From contig CM052816.1 in the NCBI GenBank assembly GCA_028534125.1, forward strand, positions 70,186,001-70,250,000: DNA of 64,000 bases. Reading direction: 5' to 3'. This stretch comes from Lama glama (lineage: Eukaryota). Under the pieces are notes generated by a model. The model was not told the origin of the DNA and did not search any database. It worked only from the letters and a program-made list of their open reading frames with translations. Positions 39,030 through 52,500 of this stretch are shown piece by piece. The position numbers were made by a program, and so were the translations under genes. How positions within the stretch are numbered: the first letter of the stretch is position 1; each line of letters begins with the position of its first letter.

Positions 39030-39521
39030 CTGACATGAAAAGCTGATTACTCTTCATTTACCTCTCCAAACTTACTCTTTGCCCTTCTCTGCCCAGTTCT
39101 GTTTTTCAAGAGCCTGACCTCTTTATGGACTATACCACCCAAGCTCCCTTGCCTTCTGGTTTCCATTTAGGTTCAGCAGGGCCAGAGATTAGCAGACAGG
39201 AGATAAGGAAATATGGAGTTTTATTCTCTCTGCTTCTCTTTGCCTCGTTTGGGCAGTGGTCTTTTTCCTTTACCTATAGTCACAGCTATTTTAATTAGTT
39301 GGCACTGCTCTTATGGCTCTGTTTCCCACTCGGTAACATGATTCTCTTTTTGTCTCAGAGAGGGTAAAAACTTCCTACTGTAGCTAGTCCTTGCATGTTC
39401 CCCCATCCTTCATTAGTGACTTCATCTGACCACACTTTTGTGAATAGTTGCATTATTATACTTCTCTCAATTAGTCACTTGATTGTATCATCTGTTTCTT
39501 GTGGGATCCCTGATTGATACA
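39030..39521 (+). mobile_element. LTR33-like ERVL solo LTR
   Basis: 'ctcccttgccttctggtttccatttaggttcagc'; end 'catctgtttcttgtgggatccctgattgataca'. Confidence 0.7.
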
Positions 39522-40382
39522 TATGTGTTGAGAAGAAAACAAAATGTATGTACCAGGTGCCACCCTTAACCGCCCGCTTTAGGAGATAGTTATGTGAAGG
39601 TCATAATATATGTCTTAGGGTTATATGTACATATATCTCAGGCAGATGGAAACTATGAGGAGAGGATTGCTTAAGGAATATAGAGAGTTAGGATTTTCTC
39701 TCTGAAGGGATGAAATATTGAGGTAGGTACACTACTCTTCTGCTAAATTAGTAATTTATGGAATAGGCACAGATACAGGCAATAGAAGAGGCATAGAGAA
39801 GTTAGAGCAGAAGTTAAGCATGTGTGCATGAATCAGCCAGTCCACCTAGAGAGGACTTGGACTGCTTTCCTCCTTTGGGGGTAATGAATGTCTACCATGC
39901 TGAAGTCAACTCATGAATTAAGTGTAAAACTGCATAACTTTGGGGATTAGCTTTTTCCTCTACTGAAGCAGAAAAAGAGCAGTGGGCAGAGCTCCATCTA
40001 CACCTCAAATGGGGGGTGTGTAAGAGCGTTTTAACTGGATAGCAAGTGAAGATACAACAGAGTCATTTCTGGTGGACCTGTAGACTTGAATGGCTTCATG
40101 CTTTATAAGCTGACCTGGAAGAAGTGTCCATTGGCATGCATCTAGTGAGGAGTTACCACAGAGTGCTGGGACTTCCACGAGCTGTGAGGTTATAGGAACA
40201 ACAGAAAAAGGGGGCTGGGTAAGAAGTTAAATCATCCTGATGTGCCCTCACTTTCTAAGGTGGCCTCCTTAGTGACAACGGCAATGGTGCTACAATCAAA
40301 GTTCAATTCAACCCAATATGTGGGTTACCAAATTATTGCCTTAATCCACTGGGCTATAATCCTAACATATCTCTGTATCTTT

Positions 40383-40589
40383 ATATGTATTTTTATTGAA
40401 ATATAGTCAGTTTGCAATGCTGTGTCCATTTCTGGTGTGCAGCATAATGCTTCAGTCATATGTGAACATACATATATTCGTTTTCATAATCTTTTTCACC
40501 ATAAGTGACTATAAGATATTGAATATAGTTCCCTGTGCTATACAGTATGAACTTGTTTATCTATTTTATATATATTAGTATCTGCAAAA
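40383..40589 (-). mobile_element. Short LINE-1 3' end (camelid type)
   Basis: Highly similar to 27680-27880; TSD ctgtatcttt (40373-40382) / ctgtgtcttt (40590-40599). Confidence 0.9.
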
Positions 40590-42796
40590 CTGTGTCTTTA
40601 AAACCCGTCAGATTGCAGGAAATTTGGGGCATTCAGTCACTGCATGCACTCTGGTATTTTTGTCAAAAACACTGAACGACACAGCCAAATTTAAGTGGAG
40701 AGTTTAGGAATTATCTGGTAAATTATTCTGTGCCAACAGCTAAATGGGATCATTCTGGACCCAAGTTGATTTTTTTTGGCCTGTTCAGGCAATCTGAATT
40801 GGCTATCTATGACAGACCAAAGTTAACAGATCATGAGCTTTTAGACAGGGAACTATCATTAGCAGAATGAAATGGAGTTGTATTCAGGGAAATCAAGAAA
40901 CTCCTTGTGTTTCAACTGGAGTTAAAAAGGAAGAGTGAAGTGCAATATATATGTCACTTTTGGTGGGGCACTGGGTGCTTAAATACTGATTGAAAATTAA
41001 TGTTAAAAACAGAAGTTCCATGTTCTAAAATTTTAGGTCATAGAGAAAAATTAACATTAAATATTTACCTTTTGACCTGTCGATAAGAATGGCTGATGAT
41101 ACAGACACAGTACACCAGATTTCTGTTCTGTGTTTATTGAGCAGAGATGATTTCAGACAAGTCTCTCTGACTTTGCCCTGAATTAAATCTCTATCCTCTG
41201 TGTTTCTCCAGTTTCATCCTACTCAATAAAGAACCACACAACCCACACTCATAGTGAACAAAGCTATTATTTAATGGAATCTTTCCACTGTGAAACCAAA
41301 TTATTTTAATTGGCTTAAAATAATACTAAATACTGAAAGCCAAGTACACGACCTCTGGCCTTGCTGGTGTTTAAAATATCATACTCTTCGTACTTTCTGG
41401 TGAGCGTCTCAGACCTGTCTCTGAAGAAGGGCTAAATGTAAATAAATACATAGTGTTTAGATCAGGGTTTTACCAATGTATATTGTATCTCATATAAGCC
41501 CTTATTATATAACTTCCTTCTTTGGGTTTTTTAGAGTTCTTGTTTGTTGACATTCAGGGTGTGTCTGAAAAAGTGTATTTTTGATTTATCCTACTCACCT
41601 AGGCAGAGTGCCCTGGACATTAGGGGATCTGGTTTATACTTCATGGTTTATTTTTTGTGGTTGTATATTTCCTACATTTTGTTCATGTGCCCTTGGACTT
41701 CTTAGGGAAAGCTTGACGGCTCATTTTTATAAATCAATAAATAAGTAAGTAATACACCATGGATCAAAGGCCATGGCAGCAGCACCGTAGAGAGAATTAT
41801 ATTGTCCTAGGCATTTATGCACTTATAATGATGATATCCTTGGACCCAAGGCCTAACATATTTTTCATTAGAACTATTAGATTCCATACAAGATCAATAA
41901 TTACAAACACTCTAGTGAAGATGATTAAAATTCAAGAGGCTTCTTTTACAGGCATTGGAGTTTTAGTATTCTTATGTCTTCCTCTTTGGCCTGACTTCTT
42001 TCTCTACTTCAGAATTCCCTTGTTTGACTTCCAAAAGCTACTCTATTAATACCTCTTAAACCCAGAGGCATAATTGAAGAAGAATGAAACTTGGAATTCT
42101 CGAATATTTAATGAGCCTTTTAGGAGTCAGGTTCAGCTTTGGTATTCCATCCAGGAGCAAGCATGCCTATCACTTCACTCGCTCTAGGTCAAATAGTAGA
42201 ACCTCTAGTCCAAGAGGGAATTTTATCTTTTGTAAAATCCGTTATGTTTCCTTTGGGAAGAAGGGCGTGAGCTTGAGAGGGGGTATTCCTCAGAAGTTGT
42301 AATCTAAAATGTACCTATGTAGATATTCATCTGCCCTGTTTAGCATTGTCTCCCAGTCTCAACACAATGCCTGGTACAAGGAGGACTCACACGTTGTTTG
42401 TTAAACCCATGAATGAATAAACTCAATTTTTAAAAGCAAATAGAAACCTCAACAATTTAGTAGATAGTCTTGAATCTCTAACATATATTTATATAATCTA
42501 CACCTTAAAGCAAAACAAAGGAATATTTTATGAATGAAAGAAAATAAAATATAGGAAGATGGGAAAAAGGGACAAGGGGGAAGAGAGAAGAAACAAGATG
42601 ACAGCACTCTATTTTGATAATATGATTGAATATTTTGGCATGCTAGTTTGCTTAGTTTTCTGTCAGATTGCCTTGTATTCTCTTTTTCTTCCTGTTTTGT
42701 GGTCAATGGTACTGGGCAGACTTATGCAAAATCGTGATCATTGAAATTTGTTACGAAAGCATCTTCATCCCTTGCATCATTTTATTCCCAAGTAGT

Positions 42797-43035
42797 TAGA
42801 GTAATAATATCAACAACAAGAAAAATAGCTCACACATTTTGAAGCCTTCCTTTGTGCCAGGCATGAACCTAAGAGTGCTGTATACAGAATTGCACTGAAT
42901 TGTCATGACTGCCCTGTAAAGTAGATGCGTTCTACAGATGAGGAGATTGTGATGAGGTGGTTTAAAGGAGTTTAAGTTCCTTTGCCCAAGGTCACACAAC
43001 CTGCAGTTAGCAGATATGAACCCAGGCAGCCTTGC
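42797..43035 (-). mobile_element. MIR SINE
   Basis: Core 'tacagatgaggagatt...tttgcccaaggtcacaca'. Confidence 0.75.
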
Positions 43036-43984
43036 CCCACACCCTCGTGCTGAGTGCCCATGTCCTCAGTGCTTCCTCCTGGTGCTATCAACCCCCATCA
43101 CAGCGCTCACCCTGACTGTGAAGCCTCAGGAGTCCTACAGTGTATCTGGATGGGCTTTTCTAGCCTCAATCCCTTTAAAACTTGTTTGTTGCATGTTTTT
43201 TAGAGCCGTGTCTGAGAAATAAATCTGTGCTAATGGACTGAGAGCCAATAATGAGTTAATTTGTTGTCATTACAAAGAAACTCATTTATATATTTAACAG
43301 AGGCTCCCTGAAGAGTGTGCTTCACCCAGAGGAGTGACTACAGTATTGAGAAGTTCAGACAGTTGGTAAATCTTTGAGGGAGGGGCACTAATTTAGTCCA
43401 GGCTGACTTTTCAATGCCCTTCATATCCCACTAAAAAAGCAGATGCCTTTCTGGCACATGTTCTAGAAAGACGTGACGAGAGAGAAAGTGTTGCATGTTC
43501 CTTTATTAGTTATAAGTGATTTTAGTCAGGCTCATTCATATGTATGCACTCATTTCCCTTTTTTTGGCTAGAGAGCACCCAGGGAATTTTGCCTGTATCC
43601 TTTGGGGATTCCTGGGAAAGAGGGTAATTTGACACTGGAAAAGAGAGCCTTCATTGCTCTTTTTGATTGAAATTTGTGCTGATGCAGCAAGCAAACAAGC
43701 TTCTCTGAAGGTGGATGTGTTATGAATCAACTCAAAATTCTTCCTTTAGTGGTATTGTTTGCTGTGGTGTATGTATGTGGATGGAGAAGAAGAGAGAGAG
43801 GAAGAGAGAGACAGAGAGAGACTATGAATAAAACCCTGGATTAAATTTAGAATTGAGTTTATGTTTGTGCCTTTCTATGAGATATATGGGAAATAAAAGT
43901 TCAATTTTGAATTAACTGATTTCAACTCTAGGTATATATATATAGAGAGAGTCCAATAATCACAATAGGAAGCTCAGACAACAA

Positions 43985-44102
43985 ACACAAATGGTGGAAA
44001 GAACAATGATTTTTGAATTGGAAGGCCTGGGTTCTCGGACTCACCCTGCTATATCTTAGCTGTGAGAACTTGGACAAGTTAACTCTCCTCTCTGATACTC
44101 AG
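43985..44102 (+). mobile_element. MIR SINE fragment
   Basis: 'tagctgtgagaacttggacaagttaact'. Confidence 0.6.
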
Positions 44103-44202
44103 GACTCAGGAGACCTTCTCAGTTTGGACATGCTGTAATTCTATGATTCAATGACTTAAATCTTTGCCATTTGTAAAGTTTTACTTCAAGGACCTCACCA
44201 GC

Positions 44203-44650
44203 TGTCTTAGGTTGAGTTCCCAAGAAGCAGACCCTGAGTGATTTTTAAAGAAAGTGACACAGGGAAGAGCAGTAAATGAATGGGAAGAAGGACAGGATGA
44301 GTAGGAAGCAAAGCAAAGATCTAGCATAGGCACAGTCTGCAGCATGTCTGTCAGCCTTATCTACACGGGAGCTCTGGAGTGTTAACTGTGCCACAGAGTT
44401 GTCATGACATGAGGCAAGGGAGCTGTCACTTGTTAGGGGCCACCTTGTCTCCTCTACTCCCATTGTCCCCAATTCCCCGAACTTCTTGTTTTCTCCTGGG
44501 CATGAATGCTGAGGGACTCTAGTGGTCTGAGGGCAGTTCTCCTAAAACGTGTGGCTATTGGAAGTGAAAGCGTACCCAAAAGAGAATGCTGCCCAAACAT
44601 GGTGGAAAGAGATATGAGGCGAGCTGGGTGGGTCACCATTCTGCTCCAGC
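44203..44650 (-). mobile_element. LTR16-family solo LTR
   Basis: Starts 'tgtcttaggttgagttcccaagaagcagaccctgag', the reverse complement of the LTR16-type end seen at 4770-4800. Confidence 0.7.
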
Positions 44651-46566
44651 CTACCATACATTGCGAAAATGGCTAAGTTTGTGATGTGACTAAGTTACTG
44701 TCAACTTAAATTTACATGGAGAGAAAAAAGATGGTAAATAAAACTTAGAAAGCAGCCACTCTCTTTCCAGGACTCACCACTGAGGCCAAAGGCCATTGTC
44801 AAACCAAACCAATCCTCAAAGCTGATTGCTAGCAGAATTTCAGGAGATACAAGAAAGACACCAAGAGTATCTATTACAATGTAGAGCTTAGATTCCCTCT
44901 GAGGTCAGTATAACATTTTTTACATAAGGGAGAGACAGCCTTAAGGCAAAAGTTGTCTGCTCTGTGTGTGGTGTCCAGAATCTTACAAGTGAGAATACCC
45001 TAAAAAGTAATCACATGAAGGGTAAAATGAACTAAAAAAAGGTGCCTGGGGGAATCTATGCATGTTCATATATTCTTAAAAGCAAAGATATTCATGTTTA
45101 ATTTTCAGGCAGTGGTTTTATTCTCACCTCAGACATACTTTTTTTTTTTAATGAGTTACTGATTTTCTTTCAAAACACCTACATACTTAAAATGTTTTCC
45201 TTATGAATCAATTTTTTATTTGACAGAAGTGAAGATACTTGTGCCCATAAAAAATGCCATGTGTTTTTGAAGTGTTAGAAAAAACAGCTCTTTGGCACTA
45301 AACAAAGCTGAGGCAGGAACGTAGGAGAGCAGCTGCAGAATGACAGAAAAAATGTAAGATAATGAGACATGTGAGAGAATGTATAATTTAATGTGAGGCT
45401 TGAAGCAAATGGCGGGAGGAGGAACATAAATGAGAAAACAGTTAAAAATAGTGACTAAAATGACTTTAAATCCAATAAAACATAAAATGAATCAATTAGT
45501 GCTTAAACGTTGGAGGAGGCATGATGCTGTGAAAGAATCTGGAAAAGGCTGACAGATTTTTAGTCTATGAATTTAAATTCATAGGACCAACAATTTCTCT
45601 GCCTAGAGAGATTTATCTGCTGTTTTTTCTCCTTATACTAGTTGACAAAATGACTTCCTTTCTTTTCCACTTTTTGAGATGGGAATCAATCTGTTATAAA
45701 AGCCTCGGTTTTCAGTTTTCTGAAAACATTCCACAAGATGTATGGTAAAATGTGTTCAAGTTTTAGAAAATTCTTGTAGCTCCCACTAAACTGTGGCTCT
45801 CCCTGTGTGTGGATATTAGGGGTGTTTCTTAGGAGCTGACCAGAGCTGGCTCACTGTGAGAGGTTGATGGAACAATGAGGATTGATGGCAGGTAGCACAT
45901 GGCCCTCTGCGATGCCTGTTTACTTCTTCCTGCCTTTTAGTTATATTGTCCATGAGCTTGCGTGTTACATCCTGTAACAGTAATATCCAGAGTCTTTGCA
46001 GTGAGTGTGTATTACATGGGAAATTATGGAAAGCTTTTAAGAACCTGAAATCTTTTCAAAACAGGCTGGCTATCTCTGTCTTCCTGGAATGATTTACCCA
46101 AATCTGGCATTCATGGAATTTGAGGCTCCACTGACTTCTAGAAACCTGTCTTGTTTCTAGGAAAATGGTATGTTCTCTGTAACAAGTGCTTATTCAGCAC
46201 TGGTTGAATACACAAGGGGATTAAATAGTGTAAAAATGACGTTCATGGGTGGTTTTGCTAACAAAATGACGTTTTCACCTTAGAATGTCAGTAAGAAATA
46301 TGTTATTTTTAACTAAAGTCCAGTCTAGCAAACATCTCTCTCACTGTTAGTTTTTTGTATTTTCAAAATTCTATTCATCAGTTCATCTTCTAATAGATGT
46401 ATGCTTCTAATGGGTCAGTTTTTCAGTTTTTTTTCAAGTTTCCTCCAAATCATTGACATGTATAATAACCAAGTTAGCACTGAGGAAGTGATAGATAAAT
46501 GTTATTTTCTAAGAGTTTTGAAAATTTTCTCATATTATCTCACTCATTGCAAGAATATACTTTGTG

Positions 46567-48457
46567 TTCTGTCTGTGAGTCTGTTTCTGTTTTGTAAATA
46601 AGTTCATTTGTCTTTTTTTTTAGGTTCTGCATATAAGTGATATCATGTGGTATTTTTGTTTCTCTTTCTGGCTTACTTCACTTAGAATGACAATCTCCAG
46701 GTCCATCCATGTTGCTGCAAATGGCATTATTTTATTATTTTTTATGGCTGAGTAGTATTCCATTGTTTAAATATACCACAGATACTGTTTATATATCAGA
46801 TAATGTTTTGCCTATATTTTCTTCTAAGAGGTTTATAGTGTTTTATGTCTTAGAGCCATTTTGAATTTATTTTTGTGTATGGTGTGAGGGATTATTCTAA
46901 CTTCACTGATTTAGATGCTACTGTCCAGTTATCCCAAACACCATTTGCTGAAGAGACTGTCTCTACTCCGTTGTATGTTCTTGCCTGCTTTGTCAGATTA
47001 CTTGACCAAAAGTTTGTGGGTTTATTTCTGGGCTCTCTGTTCTGTTCCATTGATCCATATGTCTGTTTTTATACAAATACCATGCTGTTTTTGCTTACTG
47101 TAGCTCTGTAGTATTATCTGAAGTCTAGGAGGGTTATTCCTCCAGCTTCATTCTTTTTCTTCAGTATTGCTTTGGAAATTGTGGGTCTTTTGTGATTCCA
47201 TATAAATTTTAGGATTATTTGTTCTAGTTATGTGAAAAATGTCCTGGGTAATTTGATAGGGGTCACATTAAATCTGTAAATTGCTTTGGGTAGAATGGCC
47301 ATTTTAACAATATTAATTCTTCCAACCCAAGACCATGGAATATATTTCCATTTCTTTAAGTCATCTTTAATTTCCTTAGTGTTTTATAGTTCTCCACATA
47401 TAAGTCTTTCACTTCCTTGGTCAGATTTATTCCTAAATATTTTATTGTTTGGAATGCAATTTTAAAAGGGATTGCTTCTTTACTTTCCTTTTTTGGTATT
47501 TCATTATTAGTGCAAAGAAATTCAACTGATTTCTGTATGTTTATCTTGTATCCTGCTGCCCTGCTGAATTCTTTTATCAGCTTTGGTAGTTTTTGTGTGG
47601 AGCCTTTAGGATTTTCTATATATAGTATCATGTCATCCACATATAATGACAATTTCACCTCTTCTCTTCCAATTTGGATCCCTTTTATTTCTTCTTCTTC
47701 TTCTTTTTAATCTGATTCCTATGGCTAAGACTTCCAATACTCTATTGAATAGAAGTGGCGAGAGTGGGCATCCTTGTCTTGTTCCAGATTTTAGCAGGAA
47801 GGCTTTCAACCTTTCACCACTGAGTACTATGCTGGCTGTAGGTTTGCCATAAGTAGCTTTTATTATGTTGAGATATGTTCCCTCTATACCCACTTTGGTT
47901 AGAGTTTTTATCATAAATTGGTACTGAATTTTATCAAATGCTATTTCTGCATGTGTTGAGATGATCATGTGATTTTTGTCCTTTCTCTTGTTGATGTGGT
48001 GTATCACGTTGGTTGATTTGCATATGTTGAACTATCCTTGTGGTCCTGGGATGAACCCAACTTGATCATGGTGTATGATCTATTTTATGTGTTGTTGGAT
48101 TCTGTTTGCTAATATTTTGTTGAGGATTTTTGCATCTAACTTACAGACGGAAAACAAACTTTTGATTACCGGAGTGGGGAAAGGGGTGGGAAGGGATAAA
48201 TTGGGAATTCGAGATTTGCAGATACTAATATATACAAAATAGATAAACAACAAGTTTATACTGTATAGCACAGGGAACTATATTCAATATCTTGTAGTAA
48301 CTTATGAAAAAGAATATGAAAACAAATGTATGTATGTTCATGTATTACTGAAATATTATGCTGTACACCAGAAATTGACACATTGTAAACTGACTATACT
48401 TCAATTAAAAAAATATATATTTTAATACATATATACAGAAAACAAAATAAAACAAAA
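46567..48457 (+). mobile_element. 5'-inverted (twin-primed) LINE-1: inverted segment 46567-48138, sense 3' end 48139-48457
   Basis: Perfect 16-bp TSD aagaatatactttgtg at 46551-46566 and 48458-48473; minus-strand ORF2 RT remnants ([26 protein letters not shown]) with frameshifts; A-rich tail. Confidence 0.93.
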
Positions 48458-48536
48458 AAGAATATACTTTGTGGAGAAATCTGTATCAGAATTTTTTAAT
48501 AGCTATGGTCTTTTACTCCTAGCCATTCGTATTAAG

Positions 48537-48718
48537 GTAATATTTCTAAAGTGTTGTCTATGAACCTGCTGCCTCAGAATCACCTTGAATGCTTGTAAAA
48601 ATTCAGATCCCTGGGCTCCAGAACAAACCAGTGAAATAGAATTCTAGGGACCCAGCTCTGAAATCTGCATTTTTCTAAGCCCCCAAGGTAATTCTTGTGA
48701 AAAGTTGAAAACCACTGG
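48537..48718. mobile_element. MER5A/B-like hAT-Charlie element
   Basis: 'cagaatcacctt...aaaaattcagatccctgggctcc...aatctgcatttt...ttgaaaaccactg'. Confidence 0.75.
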
Positions 48719-49864
48719 CCTAAAGTGTAGGGTGTACCTCAAGCAAATTTGTGCAGTAGACTTTGTCTTCAGAGACGTTTGGCTGTTCCTACCTGTTCCT
48801 CTCCTGGTGGTTATTTACATCCCCTAAAATGTATTTGATAATGAATTTACACTAATGTGTCAATGACTTGACTTGTTGCCCATCCTGGATTGTGTATTTT
48901 AAAAATAGGACTGCTGAGGATAGTAAGGTAGGCCTAAAAGTGACTAGCTCTCTAACGGTGGACTTTTAGCCGCTGGAACAAAGGAGAGGGGTGGGGAAGC
49001 CTCTTCAGCAACCATCGCATCACTCATGCAGTGGACAATCATTCACCTACTTACCAGGTGGCCTTTTCATAGTTACCTCATGCAAGGTCCCCAGAAGAAG
49101 TCTGAACAGGGATGAGGAAAAACCCACGGCAATCTTTTGTTTCCTACTGTCCCTTTAAGAGTATTTAATTAGGGAAAATTCTTTTCTTTCCCCAGATGAA
49201 AACTTGTGCAGTTCCATGATATTTTGGTCCTTTAAAGTAAAAAAATGCATTCTCAATGGAGTCATTCACAGTGTCTAGTTTCATGTAACTCAGTCTTCCC
49301 TTTTCCCCAGCTAGGCTGTGCTTTGGACTGTTTTCTCACAGTGACCTTTCTCCTCTTTTTCCCTATCTGGCATTTCTCTTCCTCTCCTAGCTTGATAACT
49401 ACCATTTCTTATCCTGCCAAGATTGAACTAAGGGGACATGGATGGGTAGGAGGGACAGGAAAGTTCTTTCTTGATTGGTACTGTGTAGGATGGTTTGACA
49501 TTCTGAACTGCAGAATGTTCTTCAGAAACTGACACTGGGCACATTTGATGGCAGAGCTTGCCTTATGGGTGATGGATTTTTTCTCAGGTTGGCTTGTGTT
49601 TTTCTCCCCTCCCTCATTCTTTTCCCTCCTCTTCTTTTGTCTTTTCTTTCCTTTACTCTTCTCTTCTTTTCCCTTTTTTCCTTTATTGGATCACTCCATA
49701 AAAATTAAGGTAAGATCCTCTTTTTGTTTAATGGCTTCAGATCAAATCAAAGTCTCCCTTTTGTGTCAACACACATACCTTTTTTTTCTCAGCAAATCCT
49801 GGGAATGCAGGCAGATTACACAGTACAGCTGCACCCTCTCCTTACCTTGGACTAGCTAGCCAGC

Positions 49865-50405
49865 TATATCCGTAATCTATTGCTGTGTAGCAAATGCCTC
49901 ACACAATGGTTCGAATAGCCATGATTTATTATTTCTAATGGTTCTTGAGTTGATTGGGTGGTTTCTTTGCCTGTTTTGCCTCTGTTTAGTCATGAGCTGC
50001 TCTATCTGGAGTATTGACTGGGATGGACCCAGTATGACCTTATTCATATATCTAACAGTTGGTGCTGGCTCTTGCCTGGGGTGTCTCTCTCTTTTTTTGA
50101 CCCACCTCATCCCCCTGTTATTGTCTTTCAGTAGGTAAGATTGACTTCCTAAGTTGTAGGCTCAGTACAGTGCCTCAAGAGATAACAGTAGAAGTTGCAA
50201 AGCTTTTTAAAGCTTAGGCTTCTAAGTCTCACGACATCACTGTTGTTACATTTTATTAGTCAAAGCAAGTCCAAAGGCCAACCCAGATTCAAAGGATAAG
50301 GAAGTAGACACCATGTCTTGATGGAGGAAGTAACAAAATCATAATGCAAAGAGCTTAAATATCATGATGAGAGGAATTTGTGGTCATATTTTGCAGTCTA
50401 CTACA
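49865..50405 (-). mobile_element. MaLR solo LTR (MLT1G/H-like)
   Basis: 'ctattgctgtgtagcaaat', 'ttttattagtcaaagcaagtc...acccagattcaaagg', end 'cagtctactaca'. Confidence 0.75.
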
Positions 50406-50964
50406 CTGACTTTTTAGAGTTTTTCAGATTTATATCAAATACCAGTTTACTGTGTTTCTGTAACTACAGAAAACATATATCAAGCTCTCTGAGTGGTTCC
50501 CTTGAAGAAACTTTCTCATCCTAGTCTTGAGGGCACACCAGACAAGGTACGGGACACACAGAATGGTTCATTCTGAAGAAGTCCTCCTTATAAACATCTT
50601 CCTCAATTCTGATACCTTCATTCTTTTTTTTTTTTACCATCAGCTTGGATAAGCATCAAGTAACATATTTAGGGATGACTTCTTTTTAAATTCTTTTTGT
50701 GGTCTCATACCTCTTTTGAAACGCAATATTTATAGTATTTTGGTACCTTCACCCAAACTTTATTTTATCATTTCCTTGTACTTATTTGAAAAGGATTTCC
50801 AGAGTGAGTCTCTCTAACTTCTTAGCAAACAGTAACTACTGGTGCAGCTTTGGAGTAATATGGGCCAAGGATTGACTCACAGATTTGCCACTTAACTTCT
50901 TCTGTCTGACCCTTACATGATCACCTCTGCAATGGGACTAATAAGACATACCTCCTGTGAGATT

Positions 50965-51393
50965 TAAGCTCATTTTGACGATCCCATTCCTCTTGGCCAA
51001 TGATTTGTTGACAGTGCTGTGTGACCGACTGCTGGCTAATCACATGTAAAATGAAGTCTGCTGGGGGTTTCCTCCAAGAGAGCTATAAAACATGGAGGCT
51101 TTTTCCTTTGACCTGCTTTCCTCCTTTTCTTAGTTGGGATGCTGTTGTGTGAGGACATAATATCTAGAGCTAAGGCAGTCATCTCATGACCAGCAGGTGA
51201 CAAGCCTAAGGACAAAAGGCCATTTCACTGAGAATAATGCAAATGTGAGATTGGCAGATCCCGACTGAGCTACTGAGCTATCCCGAAAATGCCACTTGCA
51301 GGATTCTTATTATGTGAGAGAGTTAAGTGTCTGTTATTTTGTTACTGATGGTTGATTATTTTCCTTGCAGCCCAAAGCATACCCATTGATATA
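50965..51393 (+). mobile_element. MaLR solo LTR (MLT1J/K-like)
   Basis: 'gaagtctgctggggg', 'ggcagtcatctcatgacca', end 'ttgcagcccaaagcatacccattgatata'. Confidence 0.7.
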
Positions 51394-51664
51394 GTGGTTA
51401 TTATTGGATATATGGAAAGGATTAGTACCTAACTTTTTCAGATGGATTAAAACAAAAGTAAAAAAGGCTGAGAGAGTTAAATAAATTGACTAAATCATGC
51501 TGTTAATCAGTAGCTGATAGGAACCTGGGGACTCTGGTCTCTCAGCTTCTAGGATACATTTCCAATCAGCCAATGTTTATTGAGCACCCACTAAATGCGA
51601 TGCCTTACAAGGCACCTTCTCCATCTCTGGGCCTGAATATCAGGAGGCAGCCTAATGTGGGGGA

Positions 51665-51870
51665 AATATGGTGACAACGTGAAAAGAAGACAGGTATTGG
51701 ATCCACAGACAGCCCCCCTTCTGACACTTAGTCATTGTGTGATTTGGGGCAAGTTTCCTTCCTGTTCTGAGCCAAGTTTCCACAGCTCTGAAACGCAATT
51801 GTGCTGACCTAGTGAGGTTGTGACAAGGATTATATGCAAAATTAAGCAAGATAATGTCTATGAATCCTGT
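51665..51870 (+). mobile_element. MIR SINE
   Basis: 'ttgtgtgatttggggcaagtttcctt...tctgagccaagtttcc'. Confidence 0.6.
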
Positions 51871-52500
51871 GTCAAGATTGTGTCTAAACTGGCCTTTTTA
51901 AGATGTCAGCAAAATGTTTGGGCTGGGATTGGTTTCCCAAAGGCTGATAAAAGAGGACAAAATTCCTCTGAAAGGCGAATTGGAGTCTTTGGAGCAAGAA
52001 GATAAGCCAACCAAGCCTGTCTAGAAAGTTTTTATCCAGAGTGTAAACTCAGAGGCCAGAGGTCAACTCCAGTCGATGATAAGAACACTAGGTGGGACTG
52101 AAGGGGTTGTTTGGCAATCAGTGTAGATGAGGTTTCAGGAAGATGGCTGTAAACAACCTCAGGGTATCTCTGGCCTGCCTGGAGGTGGGGGTGTAGAAAG
52201 CCGGCAAGGCAGATGTAGAGTTTTCATGTGTGAACAGGGTGCTTTGAACAGAGAAATGCAACAACTTTCTCTTGGAGCTCATCCAAATGTCAGAAAAATC
52301 CTTCTTCCTACTTCTCCCCATTGTTGGAAAGATCTCCACTGGAAGTAGGAGCATGTTCTGGAAACCAAGGAGGTTAAAATAGGCTTCATGTCCAGGTAGA
52401 GGAGAGTTAGTCTTTGGGTGGGAGGGAGCTGTGTCAGCCTGCAAAGAACTGACTCTGGGGACTTGAGTAGGGGCTTGGATGGCAAGGATTAGTAGGAATC

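Noticed and set aside
111..40578. Family of similar short ORFs (111, 172, 27638, 29509, 40396) as paralogous small proteins
   Set aside because: All are antisense readings of the same L1 3'UTR
45565..45584. Perfect 20-bp palindrome ctatgaatttaaattcatag
   Set aside because: AT-rich and isolated; one such palindrome in 64 kb is plausible by chance and there is no associated structure
46233..46273. Direct repeat aaaatgacgtt twice, 30 bp apart (CRE half-sites)
   Set aside because: Only two short copies, with no array or other support
47356..48271. Reverse-transcriptase-like ORFs as a functional gene
   Set aside because: Frameshifted fragments of L1 ORF2 inside a truncated, inverted insertion; the catalytic motif region is split from upstream RT motifs by frameshifts
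49545..49859. Hydrophobic 104-aa ORF as a membrane protein
   Set aside because: Artefact of a CT-rich low-complexity tract, with a non-ATG start
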